From the NCBI RefSeq assembly GCF_964204645.1, contig NC_134028.1:17863653-17927652 (forward strand): 64,000 nt of DNA, written 5' to 3'. This document shows, piece by piece, positions 1-12,989 of this stretch. The DNA is from Tubulanus polymorphus (Eukaryota > Animalia > Nemertea). Numbering within the stretch: position 1 is the first letter of the stretch; each line of letters starts with the position of its first letter. The position numbers and the translations under genes are program-made. The notes under the pieces are model-generated. The model saw only the letters and a program-made list of their open reading frames with translations. It had not been told where the DNA came from and made no database searches.

Positions 1-1105
1 CAAACATAGAACATGTCATGAGCTACAACTTTGCAATTGATCATGGTAACAATATATGCCTAGGTACCAATATAATACTAAGTTTTTCTACTATTCAATG
101 CCCCCTGGTGATCATATGGAATAACTAATGTCCTTAAAACTCTCCACAATCATAGATAATGTCATGAGCTACTTTGCAATTGATTGTGGTAACAAATTGC
201 GTACGTACGAAAATGAAACAGAAATACCAAGTAATTGTATTTTTCAACGCCCCCTGGTGGCCATATACAAAAAGCAATGACCTTGAAACTCACCAATATC
301 ATAGAACACGTTATGAGCTACAATTTTACAATGGATTGTGGTAACACAATATGCTTAGGTATCAATATAATGTGGAAAAACTTTTTCCCACCTATGAATG
401 AGTACTGATGACACCGAGATGGCCGCCAATTGTGCCATAATTAGTTGATCAATAATACCTGTCGCAGGTATAAAACATCCCTTTCCAAAGAATACCCATC
501 ACCAAATTTCAATGAGAAATGGCAAACCAGAAGGAAGCAACAGGACTCAGAATTCGGGCCAAAATTGACATTTTTGGGCACTAAAAAGGTCATAGGATGG
601 CCATCTCGAATTCAATCGACCCAATTTTTCTCCAGCTGATTGGCACTTGGGGGTATCAAATGCATACGAAAGATCAATGTAATTGATCAAAGCGTCTTCA
701 AAATTTCCCGCAAAAAGTACAAAAATGTGTAAAAAGTGCTGATTTTGGCGAACAACAATGGCTGCAAGTCGGCCATATTGAGTCTGACAGATGTCATTTT
801 GGGCTGAAGATGTGTCTAGGGTAGATTCATTTGTAACCCAAATATCAAGAAATTACATTGAAGCACCTTCAAAACTTAAAGTCCCAAGTGGGCTAAAAAT
901 CCCACTAAAAAATCAAGGCTGAAATGTTTCCTTGAGCTAATAGTTAATTCAACTTTTCTACTACATGTATATCCTAAAAGTCGTCATCAGGAATACTTAT
1001 TAATGTGACAAAATAATGAGATATCCACCCTCTACGCATGAACAAATGGATGACGGTCAAAAAGTGAACACGATAGCTCGATGGGACTTAAGTCCAATGG
1101 GGCTA
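1..1105 (-). mobile_element. Helentron-type non-autonomous element (HINE/DINE-1-like family A), partial copy cut by window start
   Basis: Same sequence blocks as copies at 10898-12096 and 18171-19749 (ttcaacgccccctggtg repeat units at ~94 and ~244; conserved core); degenerate terminal palindrome at ~1074-1105 and a second end remnant at ~880-895. Confidence 0.7.
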
Positions 1106-1707
1106 AAAAGAGATGAATTTGGGTCTATCAATTCGTACCTGTAATAGTTTGTCATATCTATCCGCACAAACCAGTAATCTCCCATCATCCAACTGCATTT
1201 CTCTATTCTCTAACAGATTATTTAAAACGGGTAAAACATTTCTTTCTGCTTTCTCAATTCCGTCTAGTATCAAAACTCTGCCATACAGTGCCGCCCTTAC
1301 AGCACACTAAAATAAACAACAGCCTGCTCTAATAATGAGTGCCAACAAAGCTTTCCCTGAGAGCTGGCGGGCGGGAACAGTAGCGATGTATTGTAACGGT
1401 GGTATTCTTAGGATGAAATGCATCTTTGTTGCTGAAGTCAGTTGATTTTACATTTTTTAATGTATGAAAATATGGGTAAATTTTTAAAGGGTAACTGACA
1501 GATAATTACAATCTGGTATTTTTAGATGTCTAAAATCATATAGAAACTACATAAGAAGTTTTAAGAAAAAAAAATTGTATTTGAACTCGGTGTGCTCAAT
1601 TATCATATAAAAGCGGTCGCCTTTGTTTACATATTTCCGACTGTACACGTGCGAATTAACCACGTGTCATGCTGACGTCACAGCATGAATAACAACATCG
1701 AACCAGC

Positions 1708-2669
1708 ATGGCGTCTACTGATAACTCGAACTCGAACACCAGTCCGTCAGATTATTCATCTGATAGTTCAACAAGCAACTCTGATGTGTCAGATATCATG
1801 TCTTCAACATCTGGAGATTCAGAAAATGAAGAAGTCATTGGGCCGTATCTATACGAACCGGAGCCAGATGAGACAAATGTATCCATTGTTCCATCGAACA
1901 ATCCCGACAGACTCAATAGGCTGAACCTGGATAATTTACACGAATGGTGGGTTTGATATTTGCTAATATGTGTTTGTATCTTTATATATAAATGCATTTT
2001 TGATAATGCACATTTTATGGTTAAAATAACCAACCCTGATAGAAACTTACCCTGTTTTTTTATCATTGATGCATGCCATGCAATTCAATAACAATAAGAC
2101 CAAAAATAAATTTTCATAGCATTGTACCGTCGTCGTGTACTGTGTCCGTACTGGGTTGCTTGTTATTTTCTTGTCAGTAGAAATCTATAAGGTTAGGGCC
2201 GAGCTGAACTTATGGACACTTTCTAGAACCCAAGTCTAATTTTCGCAATAATTGTTTTTATTTTAAGGTGTTCGTGTACTCACTGCCAGGTGTTGCCCAC
2301 AGAACCAGAATGTTGCTGTTGCCAGGAGAGTCCAGAGGTCACTCAAAAATTGGCAGAAATTTTGGAATTTGAACACCACGAGGCCGTTCCTAAATGCATT
2401 ACTGACACTAATGCATTTGCCTCTGTTTGTACAGATAGATGGGTGTTGCAGGTAGCCTGGTTAACATTCAAACAACAATATGGAAATATTGACACATAGC
2501 CTATCGACAATTTACCCGATGGTGTTTGGGATACTGTGGCAGAAAAAATCGTGTTATTTTGCCGTCCTGTGTCGTTTCCTGCATCCGGGCTCATTTTCCT
2601 TCTGAAGATGGGGATGAGGATTTGTACAAAGGTTTCCGATGGCCAGCGTTAGAAGAAAAAGAAGACTGA
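1708..2669 (+). pseudogene. KolX protein (P2X7 cytoplasmic ballast-like Cys-rich domain), 2 exons, frameshifted
   Basis: Exon 1 1708-1946 (..GPYLYEPE..LHE), GT-AG intron 1947-2267, exon 2 gives W-CSCTHC..ECCCCQE..CITDTNAFASVC; after a frame break at ~2495 continues AYRQFTRWCLGYCGRKNRVILPSCVVSCIRAHFP..YKGF to TGA 2667-2669. Confidence 0.85.
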
Positions 2670-2774
2670 TTGCCATAGCATTTCATTTAGTTAAATAACC
2701 TCAGTATTAAATTTTCTATATGAAATTTTATCACAGAATAAAAATTTTTCATCTTTCTACATTTCATTTTCAAC

Positions 2775-5700
2775 TCATTTCATATTCTTTTCAAATCTAC
2801 TACGATGCAGTTCCAAAGCCTCTTCCTTTGAAACTCGTTCTCGACCACTGGTCAGGCTTTGAGGAACGCTAACAATATTTTTTTTTAGTATGTTGTTTCT
2901 TTTTGATATCTCCTATGATTTCATTCAAACAATCATTGACATAATCTGAAGAAAATAGAATACTGATTTAAAATATGCTATTCAATTGACATTAAGACAC
3001 CTTAAGCGACAAAGTTATCTTTGAATCATTTAACTGCAGACGTCAGTGCAAATCTAATATGGATTTCTTACCATAAGTTGCATCATTTAGCAAAAATCGA
3101 AGCACATGACGTTTCTTATATTTTGGGTATATCAATGACACACGACCAGTTCCATCTTTTTTTAGTTTTTGCATCCTGGAGCTGTTTTCATTGAAATGCA
3201 ATGCTGCAATGTGGAGCCTAGAATGATATTAAAATATGTTAATAGCATATTAGAATAGAATTAATAGCATAATTCAGTTTTGAGCTTTTGCCTGACCTTG
3301 AGAGGAGTCCTCTGTATGAAAACTGAAGCATTTTCGGGGCAAAATGGTTGAAGACAGAATGTAAACATTCTAATTGGCTTGTCTGTCCATATGGTGACAT
3401 TTTGGTGACCTTGTTCACTAATCTTGTTCCTTTCAAAACTTCTTCAATCTTGTCACCTGCTGGCGTACCTAGACGATTAAATTGATAGATTACTTCCACA
3501 TTTTTCTAAATCAGGATTGGGTATAGAACTATTCTATCTAGTACATGGTTTTCAATTAAATACCTGGTAACAACCACTTTTTCTGAGCCACATAAGGTTT
3601 GTGTTAAAAATTGACGTGTACCCCCTGAACATGTTCCACAGCTGAGAGCCATTTTTTCTTGATTGATTCCTTATCGTCTTTCGGGGAAGACGAAACACAC
3701 CAGTATAGATGATATTTTAATGATTTCACCCAGTCTTGAATGTCCACAAAGGCTTTCGTCTTCGCTAATTTCTCTAACTTTTTTGTTATACCTGAAATTA
3801 TAGATTATTAGATTTTTCAAGCTATCCAACGATATAAAAAGTGATTGCTGAAAGACCCAAAATGTGAAGAAAAACTAAGAGGGTATTTTACATTTTGACT
3901 CAATTCTATGCGCAATTTTCGAAACTGATCTATCAATTCAATCAAATAGTTTTGAAAATCATAGATTTGAGTCAAATTTGTATTTCTGCATTTATAATTT
4001 ATACAGACATTTATGCAAAGATTTTTTTAATTTACTTTTGACAACGTGCCAGCAGTCATAATAGTGACTAACTTTCCATACTGTCCTTATCCATTTTCCA
4101 ATCTGCAAATGCATATCTGATATAAATGCCTTTACCGGTATATTCCCTAATTCTGTTGTGCAGCGTTTTAGGCCCTCCAACTCCATGGCATTTGAGTTTT
4201 TAACTTCATTTGACTAGAAAGGAATTGCACGATATGGCATTTTTTATCAATGGCTATTAAAAAAATAGATTTTAACTCACAACTTCAATCGGAAAACTTT
4301 TACGTCAGTATATCTACCTGCACTAGTTGCAGTGAAACAACTTTCTTCGCCTTGATGTCCATGATGGAGTAACTCCAAAATTTGGCAGAGTGTCCCATGG
4401 AGTCGCATCTCCCATCACCACCGAGTAATCGCTCACCATTTAAACCATCCAAAATTGTTTTTCTGCTGACTTCCCAAACCCAGTTAATTGCTCCATGAAA
4501 GAAATTTTGTTGGTAGCGGAAAAACGATCTCGTTGAATGAATGGCAATATTTAGCAACCTGGAAAAAAATTATGTTCCCACTATCAATTTTCAACTATCG
4601 AAACAGAGGATATTAGGCCTAAATGAATTTAGGACACAATTTTGAATATTTAACAATATCAGAAGTTCACATCTCTGGTGACTTACTTGAACAACCGTAT
4701 AGATTTTGTTGGCCAGTTTCCAGTAAGCAAGATCATCGCACTTATCAAAATATTCAAAACTGGTTTCCCTGCAATGAAATCCTGGTTCTGCCAACTACTC
4801 TGTTTCCAGCACAACTGGCATGTTGTTTGAACAACTAGTAATGTGCCTTTGGTTCTTTTCTCTATCTTGTTATAACCAACGCAAGAATTACAATGACGGA
4901 AAAGTTCAAAAAGTTTATGCTCCAAAACGATTACTTTAGCTTGTTTCCCATAATCTAGCCGGCTGTCATCTCTGAAAATTGGATAGATAGATCGTTGTAG
5001 GGTGGCACTAGTAATCATCAGCAATAAGCATTACCTGAGACATACTCATAAAAAAGTTACCTCATTTCATCAAAAATAATATTTTCTTCATCAGAATCAT
5101 AGTTATTATCACTACCCGAGTCAGATTCAGATGGAATGTATTCATCATCAGAATCATTATCCTCAGACGAACTGCTATCAACAACAAAGGTCTTCCTGCT
5201 GCTTCCAAGGGGCCGACCTTTCCTCGTCATATTTACCCCTGTGGCAATCGCTGAAATGGATGGTTGAAAACTTTAAAATAGTCTATAGGCCTAAATGAAG
5301 TTTTTTTACTTTTTCATTATAAGTATTGATATAGGATTGTGATCAAATCTGATAAGAAATTAGTCACTCATTGATTATATTGAAAATATTTCCTAAATAC
5401 AGTGCTTACTATTTGTTGCAGGAGTTCTGAACCCCCGTGAGGTTTGGCGTACTTTTTTGAATACATAAACAGGTTTTGTTTTGTACCTTACTACTACTTT
5501 CGGTTTTGCTGGTGTCTTAAGTGTCTGAATAGCTGAATTTATCAAAAGATCAATAATTAAACTTTTGCTCTGTGAAAAACCAGTATCAACAATGAAAAAG
5601 GCACTACTGAAAAAGATACTCACCTTTCGACACACAATCTGGTGCACTTTGTATGCCAATTTCTTTAGATTTGGCAGCAATGTTGGACTCAACTAGGCAG

Positions 5701-6570
5701 TCCGGGTCTTGAAACGAAGATTCATCATCGGGAATTACAGCTGAGGCTTTTTGAGGGTTCGCCACATTGTTAAATATTCTTTTTCTTTCTCTTTTTTCAT
5801 ATGCAGCCCTGCCCTTTGGTCTGGGGGGTGAAAAAAGCGTTTCGTCAGCTGAGTTTAATTGACTTGGCTGTACCGGCATATGAATTGTTGGTACAGCTCC
5901 TGACTTTAGCAGTAACCTGAATAAATAAAACATTTTCTTCAGAAATCAGTTCATTTGGCAAAGCTCTCATAATGATATTATATGTTGCATTTTGATATTC
6001 ATTTTGATTTGTGGCCTGTGCTACCTATGACCTACTAGGACAGCTATGTTTATCTTGTTTTCAATAAATGGAGTAGTCTATTATTATAAGATAAAGATAC
6101 TTTTCACTCAGTAATTCATAGATTTAATATTGTGAAATGGTCCCTTTTTGTAGTACCATGCCTGCATATGATGATAGCGCTATTATAGCTTTTTACAGGC
6201 CAGGTTGTCCGGGGACCATCTCATCAAAATAATAAATCTTCAGTATCATCCAAATCCTATACTATACTCCTAAATCAGGAGGTTCCAGTCATATGGGCTG
6301 GATTTATTCATTTATATTTCAAGGGTTTTATTATGAAGCTTACTTTTTCGCGAAATTTGCGTCAAACATCATCTTATTTGCACAAGCTGTTTCTTCAAAA
6401 TGATACCGACATAAGACCGAATACCGGGTCGGCCCTGTCCAGTTTAAATGCTTCTGGCATACAAATTTCGTCCACATGGCCCTCGTCTTATCATCACTTG
6501 GCCAGTAGAATGTACTTGTTTTGTCAGCACTGCCATGACTGCACCCATAAGCGACACAGCGAAGTCCCAT
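2775..6570 (-). CDS. Kolobok THAP-DDE transposase, multi-exon, probably slightly degenerate
   Basis: THAP start MGLRCVAYGC..W..LCRYHF..GAVPTI; catalytic motifs GDGRCDSMGHSAK, MELEG..FISDMH, HYYDCWH, TSQLECLHS..FAPK, RLHIAALHFNEN, C-terminal HRSRF; pieces separated by GT-AG introns; apparent frameshift in the T-run at ~2880. Confidence 0.87.
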
Positions 6571-8170
6571 ATTGGAAAAGTAAACATGTAAATAATCATT
6601 TGTATAGATAAACGCTGAGACAAAAGACTTCCTGGTACATGTAGTGACGTCACGCACTTGAGAATTCCGGAAATTGCCGATGTTTGTTTACGGAAACTAG
6701 TTCAACACACCGCAAGAAAATGCAGTTACTAAAGTACTATTTTTAATAGATCTATGACTTTTAGAGCAAAAAACCTTTACAAATCCGTATTCTATATATT
6801 TTTTCCAAGGAAATTATGCCAGAATAAAATATCTGTCAGTTACCCTTTAATCTATTGCTTTCATTTAAGTGTTGGAAAGTCAAAAACTGCCTGTTCTGGT
6901 GCAGATGCTAATTTGCGGCCATTATCAGAAACAGCTGATGTGTTGTTTGATACCGAGAGTAAAGAATAAGAGATAAGCTTGTGAAATTGAAGGTTTTCGT
7001 TGACAATCGTATTCATTGAGGATGCATCTTTCCATGGGGTGTTTGTTAAAAATTTGTATGTAGTCTATGACCTTAAGACCTTTGTAAGAAATGCTTTAAT
7101 AGTTTAACTTTATTTTTAAAATTATAATTTCTTTTCAGAGGAAAATAATGCAATAAAACCTGACAAATTATTGTGGGATTACAGTGTTTTTGTGCAATTA
7201 CCATTATGCAGAGTATAATTAAAAAGAGTTTTTGACGTGTGTGAAACTCAAATTTTATGTGCTTGTTTTTCCCCATCCGTGGAACCTTCCTGGACACTAA
7301 GGTTATAAAATGCAGTCTAAATACTGACTTATTTTTCTCCTAGAATGGACGCTCTGAAATGCCGGAAAACACATTTAAGAACACAAAATTTTCTGGGGGA
7401 GGTCCCCCAAGCCCCCCTTGGAGGCTTCACGCCTACGGCACTCCCATGTTGCCTTCAAAAGCTGTGCCCCACTTTGTACTGTCCACTGCCTCCAGAAATC
7501 CTAGATCCGCCCATGTTCTTTGGATTTCTCTTGCCTGGAGTAAGGGTACCAAACACTGTGGGGGATTCCCTTAGATATTCAGCTCGGATGTACTGGCATA
7601 CCTGTACTGGGATGCCCCTCCTTTCTAAAGGTTTGATTATTTCAAAAGTTAGGGCTTTGTATGTGGGGTGAAAAAAACTTTAATGCCTAGCTAAGATGCT
7701 GGCCTATGAGCCATAAGCAGGATTCCCCCTGAATTTATGTGCTTACATATGAACTAAACATTTTAACTAATAGTTTTTACCATAGGATATAAAAGATTTT
7801 GGAAAAGTGGTCTGAGCTCAAAAGGCCAGTTTTCGAGCTTAAGATGTATCTAGGGTAGATATATGCATGAACCCAATATCAAGACAACCCAATGAAGTGT
7901 CTTCAAATCTTCCCAAAATAACTGGATTCAACCTATGGACAGATGAAAAGTGAGCGAAATGGCCTGCTGGGACAAAAACCAATGACTCACCACAATCATA
8001 GAATATGACAGCAGCTATGATTTTGTAATTGATTGTGATATCCTCGAAATATGCCTCGTTACAAATTTAATATGGAAATACTAACTTATTCTACTATTAG
8101 ACGCCCCCTGGTGACCATCTGCATAACCCAATGACCTTGAAATTCACCACAATCATAGAACACGTTATAA

Positions 8171-8803
8171 TGCACTAGTCAATGAAATTTTCCGGCCTAC
8201 GGGCGCTGTGAAACGAAAATTAGCGCTCCATAGCGCCGGGACAGAGGCAATAGAGCGAAAAAATGAGTGGATCACATACCGGTAACAGCGCAGCTTTAGC
8301 GACTAGTCCTTATGTACGGGCCCGATCCACAGTGTCAAATAGCGCTGACGTCCTCACCCGCAACGTCCATCCATAGCGATCCACAGCGCTAGCTAGCACC
8401 ATCTTCCACAACAAACTTTTTATTTCCATAAATTCGTATTTTTACCGTTTTTAAGAGCTCAATAAGATCACTTTTTCAAACATTGGTTTGTAATATTTTT
8501 CTGATGATACTGTTTAGAGAAATCGAATTTCAGAATTTTTACAGTTCTCAAACTGCAGATGCCAGTTTTTAGTGTTCAAGTATTCCCGGTACCCCACGGC
8601 GATCCTATCGCACAATTCCCCACATACTTAAGCGATCCATAGCGCAGGAATCCCCGTGTGTGTAGGCTATCCATAGCGCTACGGTAGCGATAAAAATAAC
8701 GTTACCGGTAGCGTGGAAAAAGTCCCGATTGAGCGATCCTAGCGCCGGCGCTAATTTTCGTTTCCCGGCCCCCGTAGGACGGGGACATTCATTGACTGGC
8801 GCA
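8171..8803. mobile_element. MITE, PIF/Harbinger(Tourist)-like
   Basis: ~55-bp imperfect TIRs (tgcactagtcaatgaa..gaaacgaaaattagcgc / gcgctaattttcgtttc..ttcattgactggcgca), TAA at 8168-8170 and 8804-8806; removing it restores the host repeat gttatRagct. Confidence 0.75.
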
Positions 8804-8825
8804 TAAGCTGCAACTTCCTAATTCA

Positions 8826-9194
8826 CAGGGATGAAAACGGCCCATATTGAAAAAGTCGGAAAATATTTCCAAAAAAAAGAATTTTTTTGGGGCACAAAAA
8901 TCAGTAACTTTTAGCCAAAAAACTTACTTCCTTTTGGTCAAAATGTTAATAGTTTGGGCCTGAATTAGAGGCCCTTTGTGAATGAGACGCTATATTGGTT
9001 TCTCCGACTCCACAGTTGTGCTTACAAAAGCCAAAAACTGTCTTAAGGAGCACTCCTAACTACGGAGCGCTCCGATGTGACGCCCGCCATTGAGGCGATT
9101 TAAGGGATTGAGGTGATTTACACTGTTCTCAGGAATAAAGAAAATGTAAGAAAAGGTCAGAAGTCCGTCAATGGTCGGAAGATTTTCATCCCTG
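8826..9194. mobile_element. MITE with CAGGG termini (hAT-like), 6-bp TSD
   Basis: 12-bp TIR CAGGGATGAAAA / TTTTCATCCCTG; AATTCA directly on both sides. Confidence 0.7.
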
Positions 9195-10897
9195 AATTCA
9201 TTGTGGTAACAAAATATGCTTAGGCATCAACATAATGTCGAAAAACTTTTTCCCACCTACGAATGAGTACTGATGACACCACGATGGCCGCCAATTGCGT
9301 CATAATTGGCTGATAAAAATAAACCTGTCACAGGTATAAAACATCCCTTTCCAAAGAATACCCATCAGCAATTGCAATGAGAAATGGCAAACCAGTAGGA
9401 AGCTACAGGACTCAGAATTCGGGCCAAAATTGACATTTTTGGGCACTTAAACGGCCATCTTGAGTCCTATCGACCCAATTTTTCTTATGCTGATGGGCCC
9501 TGGTGGGGGATTCAAATATATACGAAAGATCAAGGTAATTGATCAAAGCGTCTTCAAAATTTCCCTCAAAAGGTTCAAAAACATGTAAAAAGTGCTGCTT
9601 TTGGCGAACAACAATGGCTGCCAGTTGGCCATCTTGATTCTGACAGGGCCAGTTTTCGGGCTGAAGACGTGTCTAGGGAAGAGACCCAAATATCAAGACA
9701 TTATATTGAAGCGTCTTCAAAACTTCCCAAAATAACTGGATTCCGTCTATGGACGACAGACAGACGGACGAAAAGTGAACGCAATAGCCCGCTGGAACTA
9801 AAGTCCCAAGTGGGCTAAGCTGCATTGGGCTTTTAAAATGCACATAACTGAAATAGGGACTATGAACAGGACTTAAACTATAGTAAATTTTAAATTCAAT
9901 ACATTTTTTCTCAAACCTCAGGCCGATATAAGTTCAATCAATCAAGATATCATCAGCAAAACTAAAATATTGTACTCATGAATACAAAATCTAAAATATT
10001 GTATAATGCTGCTTAGCCATCATTCGTTGTACCCTGTCAAGAATTTAGGTTAAATTGTCCCCCACACCCATAGCAAATATTTACATATGTACATTCTGGT
10101 TGTGGCAACAGACCTGATCAATATGAAAGGCAGAACCTGATTTAATTTCACGCCTTTGTTTTAAATCTGATTCTGTCGTGTCTCTAGATAATGATACATA
10201 TTCTACTTCTTTCTGCATTAATTCCTAAAATAAAAAGAAATTACCGGTGCTGAATTTACTGATTTACTTTCAACTGATGAGGTCAGCTGAGTCTAAATTC
10301 CATCCATAGAAAAAGTTAAGAAACAACAGTTCTAGAATTGAACTGAATTCATTGACAATTAGTTTTAGACTCACTGTTATTCCGCATCTATTTCCACAGA
10401 TGAAATTTGAAATTTTTGCGTACAATTATACAAATATTTGAAGTCTTCTGTGTTCAACTTACAAGATACATCATGGCTAGAGTCCTACGTGAAGGCCCAG
10501 GTGGACCAATTAAAAACATATCCTGACCCAACAAATCCTATTTTCATGAAGAATCAAACACATAATTATTACAATTTTATCGCATGAAAATTACATCATG
10601 GTTGATTGGTGAAATAACTTAATCTCACGAATTAATAAAATCACGATGAAGTAGTAAACATGAAACCCCACAATTATGAATAAACAAGAGGCCCACGGGC
10701 CTTATACTTCATGAGGCAGTAAAAGAAGATTCAGCATTCAAAGTTTTACAGAAAGATTGACATTGTAACGATGTAACAAGTTTTAAAATAGTTAAGATAG
10801 TATAGGCTATGTGATGATAATGTTCATTTTCTGTTAATATATCCTTACATGAAAAGACAAGCCCATTTTAGCTGCCCCAAAGATCACACTACATGAA

Positions 10898-12096
10898 ACT
10901 AGGGGTCCAGGGACACCATGCCCACTTGGGAAGTGGTTCCAAACGCTCAATAATCTAACAATTTCAATATTCAACGCCCCCTGGTGACCATATACAAAAA
11001 CCAATGACCTTGAAACACACCACAATCATAGAACATGTCAGCAGCTACGATTTTGTAATCTATTGTGAAAACAAAATATGCCTGGTTACCAATTTAATAT
11101 GGAAATACTAAGTTATTCTACTATTCAATGCCCCGTGGTGACCATATTCAAAACCCAATGACCTTGAAACTCACCACAATCATAGAACATGTCACTAACT
11201 ATAACTTTGTAATCGATCATGGTAACAAAATATGCCTAGGTACCAATATAATAAGGAAATACTAAGTTATTCTACAATTCAACGCCCCCTGGTGACCATA
11301 TAGAATAACTAATGGCCTTAAAACTTGCCACAATCATAGATGATGTCATGAGCTACAACTTTCCAATTGATTGTGGTTACAAAATATGCATAGGTACGAA
11401 TATAATATAGAAATGCTAAGATATTGCATTATTCAACGCCCCCTGGTGGCCATATAAAAAATCCAATGACCTTGAAACTCACCACAATCATAGAACACGT
11501 TATGAGCTACAACTTTCTAAATGATTGTGGAAACAAAATACGCTTAGGTATCAATATAATGTGGAAAATTTTTTTCCTACTTACGAATGAGTACTGGTGA
11601 CACCAAGATGGCCGCCAATTGCGTCATAATTGGCTGATAAAAAATACCTGTCTCAGGTATAAAACATCCCTTTCCAAAGAATACCCATCACAAATGCAAT
11701 GAGAAATGGTTAACCCGTAGGAAGCTACAGGACTCAGAATTCGGGCCAAAATTAACATTTTTGGGCACTAAAAAGGTCATAGGACGGCCATCTTGAGTCC
11801 GATCGACCCAATATTGTTAAGCTGATGGGCCCTGGGGGGATTCACATATATCCGAAAGATCAAGGTAATTGATCAAAGCGACTTCAAAATTGCTGATTTT
11901 GGCGAACAACAATGGCTGCCAGTCGGCCATCTTGAATCTGACAGGGCCAGTTTTTGGGCTAAAGATGTGCTTAGGGTAGATACATGTGTAACCCAAATAT
12001 CAAGACATTACCTTGAAGCGTCTTCAAAACTTCCCAAAATAACTGGACGAAAAGTGAACGCAATAGCCCGCTGGGACTCAAGTCCAAAGTGGGCTA
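10898..12096 (-). mobile_element. HINE family A full-length copy (4 internal ~154-bp repeats)
   Basis: On minus strand begins T-run + AGCCCACTT(T)GGA subterminal repeat with adjacent inverted copy, ends TCCCAAGTGGGC subTIR + GGTGTCC-CT-GGACCCC stem-loop + CTAGTT; repeat units at ~10971, 11124, 11278, 11432. Confidence 0.82.
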
Positions 12097-12540
12097 AAAA
12101 TGCATCAAGAATTGGTGTAGGCATCGTGCTGAAAAGAAATCCAAGATGGATGGCAATTCTGGTGACCATACTTGAACTCAATTTTCTTAAGGGGTAGACA
12201 TTTCACCTACCAAAATTCTTACACCTAGTATCATGAAAATGCATCAAGAATTGCAGGCTGTTTCGTGCAAGAAATTCAAGATGGCTGACCTAGCGGCAAT
12301 ATTTGAAAGCCAATGACCTCCAAATACTAAAGGCATGGACAGCTTATCTACCCTGATCCTCACACCAAATTTTGTGATAATCCATCAAGAATTGCAGGCT
12401 ACATCGTGCAAACAAGAAATTCAAGATGGCCACCCAAATGGCAGCCATATTTGATCACCAATGACATTTTTTTACAATAGGGGTGGACATCTCGTCAGAC
12501 CCAATCTTCAAGCTAATTTTCAAAAAGATTCATCGCAAAT
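12097..12540. repeat. Diverged tandem repeat (~135-140-bp unit, 3-4 copies)
   Basis: Recurring catcaagaattg...cgtgc...aagaaattcaagatggc at ~12102, 12242, 12383. Confidence 0.55.
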
Positions 12541-12989
12541 TACTGGTGAATTACTGTGTCGAATTCAATTCAATTCCAAAGGGTCTGGCTTAGGCCTATG
12601 CAATAGCAGTCAATTAAGATTTGACTTTTTGAAAAACCAGCACAGATGCCTATTCAAATCACATGTAATTAAAAAATTCAATTCTTCTTAGTTTGATGTC
12701 CCTGTTTTCATCGCGCACGTGGTTAAAATCATTGTTTACATCGATTGTCTTCAAAGCCGATACAACCGCACCCGCGTCCGTCAATCATCTTAATTGATTC
12801 ATATACTAAAATTCCTGCTATGAAAAAACTATGAGGTGAATCAATCCGGAATTTTTTGTAGAATGTCAGACACTAAGTTCCTTTCTTTAAAGGTAAATTT
12901 GTTGTATGTCATATAGTTATATAATACTTTATTCATAAGTTTGAAGCGGTGCGCCGGCAGCGAAAGCTCAAGCAAGGTCAGTCAAATAC

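Larger units (their letters stand above)
1488..6846. mobile_element. Kolobok DNA transposon, full length
   Basis: Perfect 17-bp TIRs AGGGTAACTGACAGATA (1488-1504) / TATCTGTCAGTTACCCT (6830-6846) flanked by TTAA on both sides (1484-1487, 6847-6850); convergent THAP-DDE transposase and KolX-like genes, the known Kolobok architecture. Confidence 0.92.
7820..9817 (-). mobile_element. HINE family A rearranged copy interrupted by two MITEs
   Basis: Family A blocks at ~7820-8167 and 9195-9817, ending ggacgacagacagacggacg...tagcccgctggaactaaagtcccaagtgggcta. Confidence 0.75.

Noticed and set aside
1708-2669. Host P2X7 purinoceptor gene
   Set aside because: No P2X channel domain; lies inside Kolobok TIRs.
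1488-6846. piggyBac (TTAA TSD) or P element (THAP)
   Set aside because: AG..CT termini, GDGRxDS motif and convergent KolX gene fit Kolobok instead.
7330-7512. ORFs 7345-7671 / 7359-7574
   Set aside because: GC-run-rich sequence ending ctagatccgcccatg looks like a MITE end; no protein motif and partner end not found.
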